DNA of 15,776 nt from Acidobacteriota bacterium. GTDB taxonomy: Bacteria > Acidobacteriota > Thermoanaerobaculia > Multivoradales > UBA5704. How positions within the stretch are numbered: position 1 is the stretch's first letter; the number at the start of each line of letters is the position of its first letter. Under the pieces are notes generated by a model. That model saw only the letters and a program-made list of their open reading frames with translations. It had not been told where the DNA came from and did no database searches. Below are positions 9,273-15,776 of this stretch, one piece after another. A program made the translations under genes and the position numbers. The DNA lies in contig JBDTZG010000094.1 of assembly GCA_040005235.1 (NCBI GenBank), forward strand, positions 1 to 15,776, written 5' to 3'.

Positions 9273-9652
9273 GCGCTTCCCGAAGAAGAACCGGCGTTCC
9301 TGGCGCGGCAAGCCGCTTTCGGAGCTACAAAGCCGCTTGCCGCGGCTGAATTCGCGATTCCGCAACGGGAAGCCGCTTTTCGGGACCGCATTCGCGGTTC
9401 CGGGACGGCAAGCCGCTTCCTGGGACGGATAGCCGCTTCCTGGGGCTTCTTCCCGCTTCCTGGGACGGATAGCCGTTTCCTGGGGCTTTTCACCGTTTCC
9501 TGGGACTTTCCCCCGCTTCCTGGGACTTTCCCCCGCTTCCTGGGACGGATAGCCGCTTCCTGGGACGGGAAGCCGTTTGCCGCGACAGATCGCGAAGATC
9601 CGGCCCGGCAAGAGCCTTCCGGCCGTTGCCGCGCGCTTCCCGACGCGCGAAC
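9273..9652. repeat. Tandem array of about 19 x 20-bp units, consensus CCGCTTCCTGGGAC + variable hexamer
   Basis: Eight near-perfect units start at 9413, 9433, ... 9553. Degenerate in-phase units extend left to 9273 and right to 9652. Confidence 0.9.
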
Positions 9653-9657
9653 GCGCT

Positions 9658-10035
9658 CTACTTCTTGGCGGCGAGCGCGGCGGTGACTTCTTCGCGGATC
9701 ATCGTGCGCATGTCGTCGGCGGTGCCGGACGGCGCGGCTTGCTTGCGTTGGAACGGTGGCGGGGGATCCGGATCGATCCACTCGGCCAGCCGGTTGGGCG
9801 CCGCCCGCTCTGCCTCGGCCAGCGCCACGCTGAAGAAGTCGGCCGCCGGCACCTTGAGATACCGCGCGAGACCGGTCATATGGCGCGCGCGCAGCTCCAG
9901 CCGGCCATCGAACAGATCGTTGATCCGGCCATGGCCGATTCCCATCGCGGTCTCCAGGTCGCGCTTCGTGCCCGGAGCCGCGTCCACCGCCCGCTTCACC
10001 ACCGCGAGAACCTTGATCGTGTCCCTGTCGCTCAT
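9658..10035 (-). CDS. Small XRE/Cro-like helix-turn-helix DNA-binding protein (125 aa)
   Basis: TKRDLETAMGIGHGRINDLFDGRLELRARHMTGLARYLKVPAADFF fits a lambda-repressor-like HTH. A Pro-rich linker and short C-terminal helix (MRTMIREEV) follow. ATG 10035 is the preferred start. Confidence 0.75.
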   Translation of the reverse strand: MSDRDTIKVLAVVKRAVDAAPGTKRDLETAMGIGHGRINDLFDGRLELRARHMTGLARYLKVPAADFFSVALAEAERAAPNRLAEWIDPDPPPPFQRKQAAPSGTADDMRTMIREEVTAALAAKK

Positions 10036-10075
10036 GGGAGGAAACTTTACTTCAGACCGTCCGCATCCGGTCCTT

Positions 10076-10852
10076 TTACGGCTCGGTCGCATCCACCGCC
10101 GGCACCCGCTCGGCGAGCGCTCCTGCGATGTCTACCGTCTTGGCCCAGGCGAAGGCGGCGAGGAGCAGGCCGGCGAGCGCTAAGGCTCGGCGCAGGTTGG
10201 GCTGGGGGGCGAACCGGGTGGCGAACAGGAGGGCCGCCGCCGCTCCGAGGAACGCGAGGCCCCCGGCGGAGACGAAGGGCTCTCGCACCTCCTGCGGCAG
10301 GCCGAAGGCGAAGAGCGGGAGGCAGAGACCGGCGAGGCTGGCGAACGGGGCGAGGCGGGGGGCGTTGGTGGTGATCGCCTCGCTCGCGGCGAGCGCCAGG
10401 GCGGCGAGAACCGCGGCGCGGAGGACGAGGGCCGAGGCCGGCGCTTTGCTGCCCCCCGCCGAGAGGGCGGCGAGGGCGAACGATTGAGCGAGGGTAAACG
10501 CCCCTCCGAAGAGCGCGAGAATCGGCCAGCCGCGATCTTCCAGTCGGCGCCAGCCGAAGACGAGAAGCAGGTCCGCCAGGCAGAGCGCGGCGGCGGTGGT
10601 TCCGAGGGCGAGGATCACCGGGCTGGCGGAAAATGGCGCGAGGTGGCTCGCGAGCACCGCGTCTTCCGAACGCCCGAGGAGATAGAGAAATGCCAGGGCG
10701 GCGAGCGCCTGTAAGGGGGCCGCGCCGAGCGCCCAGAGGCGGCGATCTTCCGGTGCGGCCCGCCGCAGGCGCCAGGGAACGACCGCGTGGACGCCCGCGG
10801 AAAATACGATCGACGCGCAGCAGAGCGCCGCGATCAGGGTTTCGAGCCGCAT
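10076..10852 (-). CDS. Hypothetical integral membrane protein (roughly 7-8 TM segments)
   Basis: 258-aa ORF with many hydrophobic Ala/Leu stretches, 10 bp downstream of the Fur-family gene. No family recognised. Confidence 0.7.
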   Translation of the reverse strand: MRLETLIAALCCASIVFSAGVHAVVPWRLRRAAPEDRRLWALGAAPLQALAALAFLYLLGRSEDAVLASHLAPFSASPVILALGTTAAALCLADLLLVFGWRRLEDRGWPILALFGGAFTLAQSFALAALSAGGSKAPASALVLRAAVLAALALAASEAITTNAPRLAPFASLAGLCLPLFAFGLPQEVREPFVSAGGLAFLGAAAALLFATRFAPQPNLRRALALAGLLLAAFAWAKTVDIAGALAERVPAVDATEP

Positions 10853-10862
10853 GCCCGGTGCC

Positions 10863-11234
10863 TCAGGCGCACTCGGCGCACTGGCCGTAGAGGACCACCT
10901 CGTGAGCGTCCAGGTGGAATCCCGCGGGCGTCAATTGGCGCAGCCCTTCCGGGCAGCCTTCCAGCTCGAACAGCTTGCCGCAGGCCCGGCAGTGGAAGTG
11001 GTGATGGTGATCCTTGCCGGCCAGCTCGTAGCGTGGCGGCTCGCCGGGGAGGGCGACGGGAATCAGCCAGCCCGATTCGAGCAGCGATTTGACCGTGCGG
11101 TAGACCGTCGCGGTGCCCAGGTTCGGCACCTCGGCCGACGCAGCGGCCAGAACCTCGACCGGCGAGAGCGGCCGGCCGGCCTCGTGGAACGCGTTGCGGA
11201 TCGCCCGCCGCTGGTGGGTGTCTCGATCGCTCAC
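10863..11234 (-). CDS. Fur-family metal-responsive transcriptional repressor
   Basis: T.QRRAI, PLS..EV, LGTATVYRTVKSLLESG, RYE, HHHHFHCRACG and C-terminal YGQCAEC (two CxxC). Subtype (Fur/Zur/PerR) not determined. Confidence 0.93.
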   Translation of the reverse strand: MSDRDTHQRRAIRNAFHEAGRPLSPVEVLAAASAEVPNLGTATVYRTVKSLLESGWLIPVALPGEPPRYELAGKDHHHHFHCRACGKLFELEGCPEGLRQLTPAGFHLDAHEVVLYGQCAECA

Positions 11235-11241
11235 GGCTGGA

Positions 11242-11247
11242 ATGATA
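11242..11247 (-). promoter_or_regulatory. Putative -10 (TATCAT) 7 nt before the Fur-family GTG; leaderless promoter
   Basis: Minus strand reads GGGC-TATCAT-TCCAGCC-GTG. Confidence 0.5.
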
Positions 11248-11255
11248 GCCCTTCC

Positions 11256-12301
11256 CTACCGCGCACCGAAGGTCTGGACCCAGAGCACCCGATAGCGGCT
11301 GTCGAACGCTCCCACCGCGAGGCCGAAGCCGAAATCGGTGACGTTCGGGCGCAGCAGGTTCGCCCGATGACCAGAGCTCTGCATCCAAGCGTCGAGCGCC
11401 GACTCGACGGTGAAGTGCCCGGCCGCCAGATTTTCCGCCGCCAAGTGCCACGAATACCCCTCGGCCGTCAGGCGGTTTTTCCTTCCGGCGATTTGTGCTC
11501 GTAATAGTTGCGGGCCAGCATGTCCTCGGCGTGCTCCTGCGCCGCCGCGTCGAGGCGGGCGTTTTCGGCCAGCGGCGGGACCCCCGCCTCGGCGCGCAGC
11601 CGATTCACCCCGGCGAGCATCGCGGCCCGGGTGGCGCCGAGATCGGTGAGGTCGTGGACCTCGACGTCGTAGACCTCCGACTCCGGCTTGGCGACCAGCA
11701 ACAGGTAGAGCGGCACCTGGCCGAGCCGGGCCTCGCCGATACCGAGATCGGAATAGTCCGCGCGCAGCAGGTCGCCCCAGCTTGGATCGGTGCGCCAATA
11801 GGCGATCACCTCGGCGGCGTCCCCGTCGCTCGAAACGACGCTTTCGACCCAACCGTGGGCGGTATAGCCCTGGTCCACCAACCGCCGCTGGACGACGCCG
11901 AGCATGCGGGTCGATTCCGCCCCGTTCGGCAGCGCTCCCCGCTTCTCGATTTCGTCGGCCCGCGCCTGGGCGACGCGGGTGAGCACGGGCTGGACCTTAA
12001 GCGGCGATACCCCGGCGCGGATTCGCTCGGCGTTCAGGGCCTGGATCAGCTCTTCGCGGGTTGGAGCGACCGCCGACGGATCGCGCGGATCGACGCGCCG
12101 GTACCTCACGGGGCCTGTGGGAAAGTGGTGTTCTCCAGGGCCGCCAAGGCCGCTGGGGCCGCCTGAGCTGGGGCTCGAAGCCGAGACGCCCGGAGAGGTC
12201 TCCTCCGGACGGGACGACGAGGGAGTGGGGCAGGCGAGGGCGGAGGTCACCCAGATCGCCAGGAGGCAGGTTCTGAAAGGCGGGTAGGGGGCATCTCGCA
12301 T
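11256..12301 (-). pseudogene. Double CAP (SCP/YkwD-like) domain lipoprotein, split by a frameshift near 11470-11480
   Basis: Lipobox SALA-C. CAP1: LNAERIRAGVSPL. CAP2: VNRLRAEAGVPPL...AAQEHAEDM...YYEHKSPEGKTA*. CAP2 continues in the -1 frame as RLTAEGY...AENLAAG...WMQSSGHRANLL...FGFG...WVQTFG, with the stop at 11256. Confidence 0.85.
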
Positions 12302-12341
12302 TCTGCTGGAAACCCCCTACCGGGTGGAAACGTCGGTGCGG

Positions 12342-13592
12342 CTAGTTGGCGCGCGAAACCTTCGCGGTGACGCCCGGCTTGTCGCCGCCGTTGAAGCCTT
12401 CCCAGACCAGCAGCAGGTCGCCCCGATCGTTGATCGCCGCGGAGGCTTCGAACGCCGCGCCGATCTGGCGATCGTTGAGCTTCGCCTTGGCCCCCGCCGG
12501 GACGCCGGCCGAGAGGTCGACGCCGAAGACGCCGATCGGGAACGAGGGGTTCCATTCGACCCAGGCGGCCGACGGGCTCTTGCCCGTGCGCGCCAGAGCG
12601 ATCGGCGACAGGTGCCAGGGGAGGGTACCGTCGCTCACCTGACGCTCGACGCCGAGGATGCGGCCGGTCCGGTTGACGGTCTGGCTGTAGATCCTGCTCT
12701 TAAGCGGAGTTTCGAACTGGCCCTGCCAGAGCGCCAGGAACGAGCCGTCGGCCAGCTGCGCGAGCGACGCGCGGCCCTGAGAGCCGAAGGTGGTCGTGTT
12801 GAGCTGCACGGCGGCGCCGCGCGGCGCGCCCGTGGCGTCATAGAAGCGGGCGAACGCTCCGCGTCCATCGGCATCCGGACCGTCCCAGGAGACCGCGAAG
12901 CCGCCCGCCGCATCGGCCACCGCGCCCGGGTTGTAGCCGAAGGTCCCCGGCGCGCCGACCCGCGTTTCGGCGGCGAGCGCATTGCCTTGAAAGTCATAAC
13001 GGCGCAGGAAGATCCCCTCGTTGGCCTTCACCGAGGTAGCGCCGTCGTTGGTCGACCAGACGATTGCCGCCTGGCGGCCGAACACCACGATCTTCGGCCG
13101 TTCCTGAAGGTCGGTCGCGACCTGATTGACCTTGAACTTCGCTCCCTGGGCGTTGCCGGCGCGATCGAAGCGCTGGGCGAAGATCTCCTTGTCGAGCACC
13201 GTGCGCTTCTCGTAGAAGATGTCGGATTTGAGGTGCGCCGTCTCCTCGGTCCAGGCGACCAGGAAGTTACCCGTAGGCAGGGCCGCGATGGCGGGCTCGC
13301 GCTGGGCCTTGACGTCCCCTTCGCCGGGGACCGACGGCAGGTTGACGTTCGGCACCAGGACGCGGTCGAGGCCGCGAGGCTGGCCGTTCGGGCCGAACGA
13401 GCGGCCAACCAGGCCGTCGCGCTCATTCACCCAAGCAACCAGAAAACCGCCGTCGCCCGAAAACGCGCCCGCGGGGGTCCGCTGTTTGATGTCGCCGGTC
13501 GAGTTGACCCGGAACTCCTGGGCGCCCGCGGTGCCCCCAGCCATCGGGAGCGCCAGTGCGGCGAGACAGAGGGTAAATCCAAGGTGTTTCAT
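12342..13592 (-). CDS. Secreted repeat protein, probable 7-bladed beta-propeller
   Basis: AAGGAG SD, ATG at 13592, signal peptide ending AGA-QE. Seven repeats of the form EF.VN...Q..P.....G.FLV.W...I.A..F...G. Confidence 0.8.
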   Translation of the reverse strand: MKHLGFTLCLAALALPMAGGTAGAQEFRVNSTGDIKQRTPAGAFSGDGGFLVAWVNERDGLVGRSFGPNGQPRGLDRVLVPNVNLPSVPGEGDVKAQREPAIAALPTGNFLVAWTEETAHLKSDIFYEKRTVLDKEIFAQRFDRAGNAQGAKFKVNQVATDLQERPKIVVFGRQAAIVWSTNDGATSVKANEGIFLRRYDFQGNALAAETRVGAPGTFGYNPGAVADAAGGFAVSWDGPDADGRGAFARFYDATGAPRGAAVQLNTTTFGSQGRASLAQLADGSFLALWQGQFETPLKSRIYSQTVNRTGRILGVERQVSDGTLPWHLSPIALARTGKSPSAAWVEWNPSFPIGVFGVDLSAGVPAGAKAKLNDRQIGAAFEASAAINDRGDLLLVWEGFNGGDKPGVTAKVSRAN

Positions 13593-13667
13593 CACAGTCT
13601 CCTTCGTAGAAGAACCCGACCCTCGTACGGAAGCCACAGGCTCAAAGTAGGTGTCCTCTCTACCGAT

Positions 13668-13673
13668 ATTCTA
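13668..13673 (-). promoter_or_regulatory. Putative -10 element (TAGAAT) for the beta-propeller gene
   Basis: TAGAAT lies in the AT-richer intergenic region about 75 nt upstream of the ATG. No convincing -35. Confidence 0.45.
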
Positions 13674-13705
13674 CTCCTAACCGAATAAGCCCGGGCTCCA
13701 GGGCA

Positions 13706-14179
13706 TTACGCCCGGGTGTAGTCCGGCCGCCACTCTTTGATCGCGCGCTTGATCTGGTCGTTGGTCTGAAGCTCCCCGCCGAGCACCCGGCGGACCAGAT
13801 CGGTCACCTCGCCGTCGCTCGCGAACCGCAGGGCGACGAACTGGCCCGGCCGCAGCTCGCCGATCCGGCCGCGCAGATCCTCGGGCAGCAGCTGGGCGAG
13901 GCGCAGGCGCTCCTCCAGCCGGATGACGCGGTCCTGGACCTTGAGCGGAAACGTCCGCGCGAACCAAGCGAGCAGGACCAGCGCCACGGCCACCAGAACG
14001 TTGAGCACGGGATTGACCCAGAGCCACAGCGGCCCCTCGGATTCCAGGCGGGTGAGCGCGCCGTAGAGCTGCACGGTACGGACGATCAGGTTGATCGCCA
14101 GAATGCCGAACGTGACGAAATGAAACAGCGGGACCAACTTCGCGTGGTTCGCATAGGTCTGAGGCATTTTTTCGCTCAT
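13706..14179 (-). CDS. DUF6526-like small membrane protein
   Basis: QTYANHA...P.FHF, two TM helices, ARTFPLKVQDRVIRLEERLRL, LRFASD.E and IKRAIKEWRPDY. ATGA overlap with the upstream permease; GGAGG SD. Confidence 0.8.
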   Translation of the reverse strand: MSEKMPQTYANHAKLVPLFHFVTFGILAINLIVRTVQLYGALTRLESEGPLWLWVNPVLNVLVAVALVLLAWFARTFPLKVQDRVIRLEERLRLAQLLPEDLRGRIGELRPGQFVALRFASDGEVTDLVRRVLGGELQTNDQIKRAIKEWRPDYTRA

Positions 14180-15537
14180 GCTTCCTCCGAAGGGATTGTG
14201 GAAACGGGGCGCCGCAACTTGAAGATGACCACGCCGACCAGGGCCGCGACGGCTCCGGCGATCAGGTTCTTCGGCTCGGCGCTCGCCGCGAACACGGCGC
14301 ACAGGATACAGGCGAGGATCGGAATCGTCGGTCCGAGCGGCAGGCGGAAGGCGCCCGGATTCGCCGGCATTTTGCGCCGCAGGACCGGCACGGCCGCCGC
14401 GGTGCCGACGTAGGTCCCGAGCCGGGCGATCACCGACAGCGTAGCCAAGCTCGCGAACGTACCGGAAAGGGCGAGCGGCAGGGCGATCAGCGTCTGGGTG
14501 AGGATCGCCGCGGCGGGGGTGCGGAACCGGGGGTGGAGCTTCGCCAGATAGGCCGGCCCGTAGCCGTCCCGGGCGAGCGCCCAGAGATAGCGCGGTCCCG
14601 CGAGCACCGTGTTGTTGTTGGTGCCCAGAATCGAGAGCGAGCCGCCGATCGTCAGCAGCACGACCCCCCAGGTGCCCAGGAACACCTGCGCCGCGTCGGC
14701 CAGCGGCTTCTTCGAATGGGCGAGGTCCGGCAGCGTGCCGAGCGCCACCCATTGGACCGCGGAATAGATCAGCGTGACGATGACGATCTGGGCGATCAGC
14801 GCGAACGGCACGTCCCGCTTGGGATTCTTGAACTCACCCGCGGGCGCCGCGGTGTTTTCAAAACCGGCGTAGGCGAACAGCAGCAGCAGCACCGCCTCGC
14901 CCAGCTTCTTCGTGTCGATCGCGCTGCCGTGGGTGGCGAGAGCCACGGAGACCTGGGGCAGGCCGAACAGGATGAAGGCCAGCAGCGGCAGGGTCTTGCC
15001 GACGGCGAAGAACACCGAGGTGCGCACACCCGATTTGACGCCGACGATGTTGATCAAGGTGAGCGCGGCGAGCGACAGGAGGATCGCGGCGTACCAGCCG
15101 GTCTCCCCTTGCTTGGCGCCGACCACCTGGGCGAAGCCGGCCGACAGGGCGGCCACCGACGAAAGCCGGGCGAGCCAGGTCATCCAGCCGACCTCGAAGC
15201 CGGCGAGATCGCCGAACGCGGTCTTGGCGTAGATGTACCCGCTCCCCGCGCGATCGAAATGGCTCGCGGCCTCGGCGAAGCAGAGCACCAGGAGCAAGAC
15301 CGCGAAACCGGCGAGGATCACCGCCCAAACGCTCATCGGCCCCAGGTAGAGGGCAGCCGTGGCGGGCAGCAGGTAGATGCCGCTGCCGATCACGTCGTTG
15401 ACCGAAAAGCCGACGATCTCCCACCGCGACACCGCGCGGCGGAAACCCTCGGTCCCTCCGCTCCCCGCGCTCCCCCCGCTCCCCCCGCTCCCAACACTCC
15501 CCGGCGCGGTCGGGTCGATCGATGCCGAATCGCTCAA
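14176..15537 (-). CDS. APC-superfamily amino acid permease
   Basis: IGSGIYLLP, CFAEAAS.F...GSGYIYA, FAYAGFE, AGEFKNPKRDVP, PRYLWALARDG and LHPRFRTP; about 12 TM. TTG start with GGAGG SD. Confidence 0.93.
   Translation of the reverse strand: MSDSASIDPTAPGSVGSGGSGGSAGSGGTEGFRRAVSRWEIVGFSVNDVIGSGIYLLPATAALYLGPMSVWAVILAGFAVLLLVLCFAEAASHFDRAGSGYIYAKTAFGDLAGFEVGWMTWLARLSSVAALSAGFAQVVGAKQGETGWYAAILLSLAALTLINIVGVKSGVRTSVFFAVGKTLPLLAFILFGLPQVSVALATHGSAIDTKKLGEAVLLLLFAYAGFENTAAPAGEFKNPKRDVPFALIAQIVIVTLIYSAVQWVALGTLPDLAHSKKPLADAAQVFLGTWGVVLLTIGGSLSILGTNNNTVLAGPRYLWALARDGYGPAYLAKLHPRFRTPAAAILTQTLIALPLALSGTFASLATLSVIARLGTYVGTAAAVPVLRRKMPANPGAFRLPLGPTIPILACILCAVFAASAEPKNLIAGAVAALVGVVIFKLRRPVSTIPSEEA
15458..15502. 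repeat. 5 x 9-bp repeat (CCGCTCCCC) encoding a Gly/Ser linker in the permease N-terminus
   Basis: Units read ccgctcccc gcgctcccc ccgctcccc ccgctccca acactcccc. Confidence 0.75.
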
Positions 15538-15564
15538 ACGCCTACCTCCCTTGAATTCCAGCCT

Positions 15565-15776
15565 TTAGTTTTCAATCGCCGCCCCGGCGGTCTCCGGGAG
15601 AGTCCAGACCCAGGTTCCCGCGAGCAGAGCGAAACCCGCTGCGAGCGCAATGCCACCGCCCATCCCCGCGCTCGGAGCCCATCGTGCGACGGCGGCGATC
15701 GCGAGCGGCGTGAGGTACTGGATGCCGCGGGTGGAGTTCATGATCACCGCCATCGCGGTGCCGCGCACTCGGGTCG
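15565..15776 (-). CDS. MFS transporter, C-terminal fragment (runs off the window)
   Basis: TRVRGTA motif, two TM helices and terminal LPET, typical of MFS sugar/metabolite porters. Confidence 0.75.
   Translation of the reverse strand, partial: TRVRGTAMAVIMNSTRGIQYLTPLAIAAVARWAPSAGMGGGIALAAGFALLAGTWVWTLPETAGAAIEN

Noticed and set aside
9273-9652. CRISPR array or TIGR-like guide array
   Set aside because: The unit is only 20 bp, the variable part is 6 nt and recurs, and no cas or Nop-domain gene is present in the window.
8772-9781. Minus-strand ORFs (279 and 306 aa) running through the array
   Set aside because: They overlap the CDF gene in antisense, and one also overlaps the HTH gene. Both frames give the same cycling peptides (GYPSQEA/AIRPRKR), as expected from a stop-poor 20-nt repeat.
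11238-11256. Fur box upstream of the Fur-family gene
   Set aside because: Only AATGATA matches and there is no 7-1-7 dyad. It is better explained as the -10 element.
11468-11470. Selenocysteine or stop read-through at the CAP TGA
   Set aside because: The domain continues in a different frame, so read-through would not restore it.
12324-13688. 454-aa plus-strand ORF
   Set aside because: Antisense shadow of the beta-propeller gene.
13684-13704. Terminator after the DUF6526 gene (GCCCTGG-AGC-CCGGGC-TTATT; AGCCCGGGCT palindrome)
   Set aside because: The stem is bulged and the U-tract is weak; plausible but not supportable.
14180-14752. N-terminal extension of the DUF6526 ORF
   Set aside because: It lies out of frame within the permease gene; the SD and ATGA overlap place the start at 14179.

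Overview
GC-rich bacterial chromosomal segment with about 17 genes and no rRNA, tRNA, CRISPR, transposase or phage genes that I can see. Gene content loosely suggests Acidobacteriota (Thermoanaerobaculia-like); this is an unverified inference. In order: 5'-truncated ABC exporter subunit, TIGR01777/YfcH-like epimerase, SAMHD1-like HD phosphohydrolase, secreted carboxypeptidase-regulatory-like/TPR/alpha-beta-hydrolase fusion, group II PLP decarboxylase, DUF1579-like secreted protein, secreted TPR protein coupled to a FieF-like CDF transporter, small XRE-like HTH protein, membrane protein, Fur-family regulator, frameshifted double-CAP lipoprotein, secreted beta-propeller, DUF6526 protein, APC permease and the 3' end of an MFS transporter. 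The most striking unexplained element is a non-coding array of about 19 x 20-bp units (9273-9652). It keeps exact phase and fills the gap between the convergent CDF and HTH genes. Other points: several genes look leaderless (-10 box 6-8 nt before the start codon, no SD), the ABC Walker A has K->R, and the CAP gene frameshift looks like a microhomology deletion.
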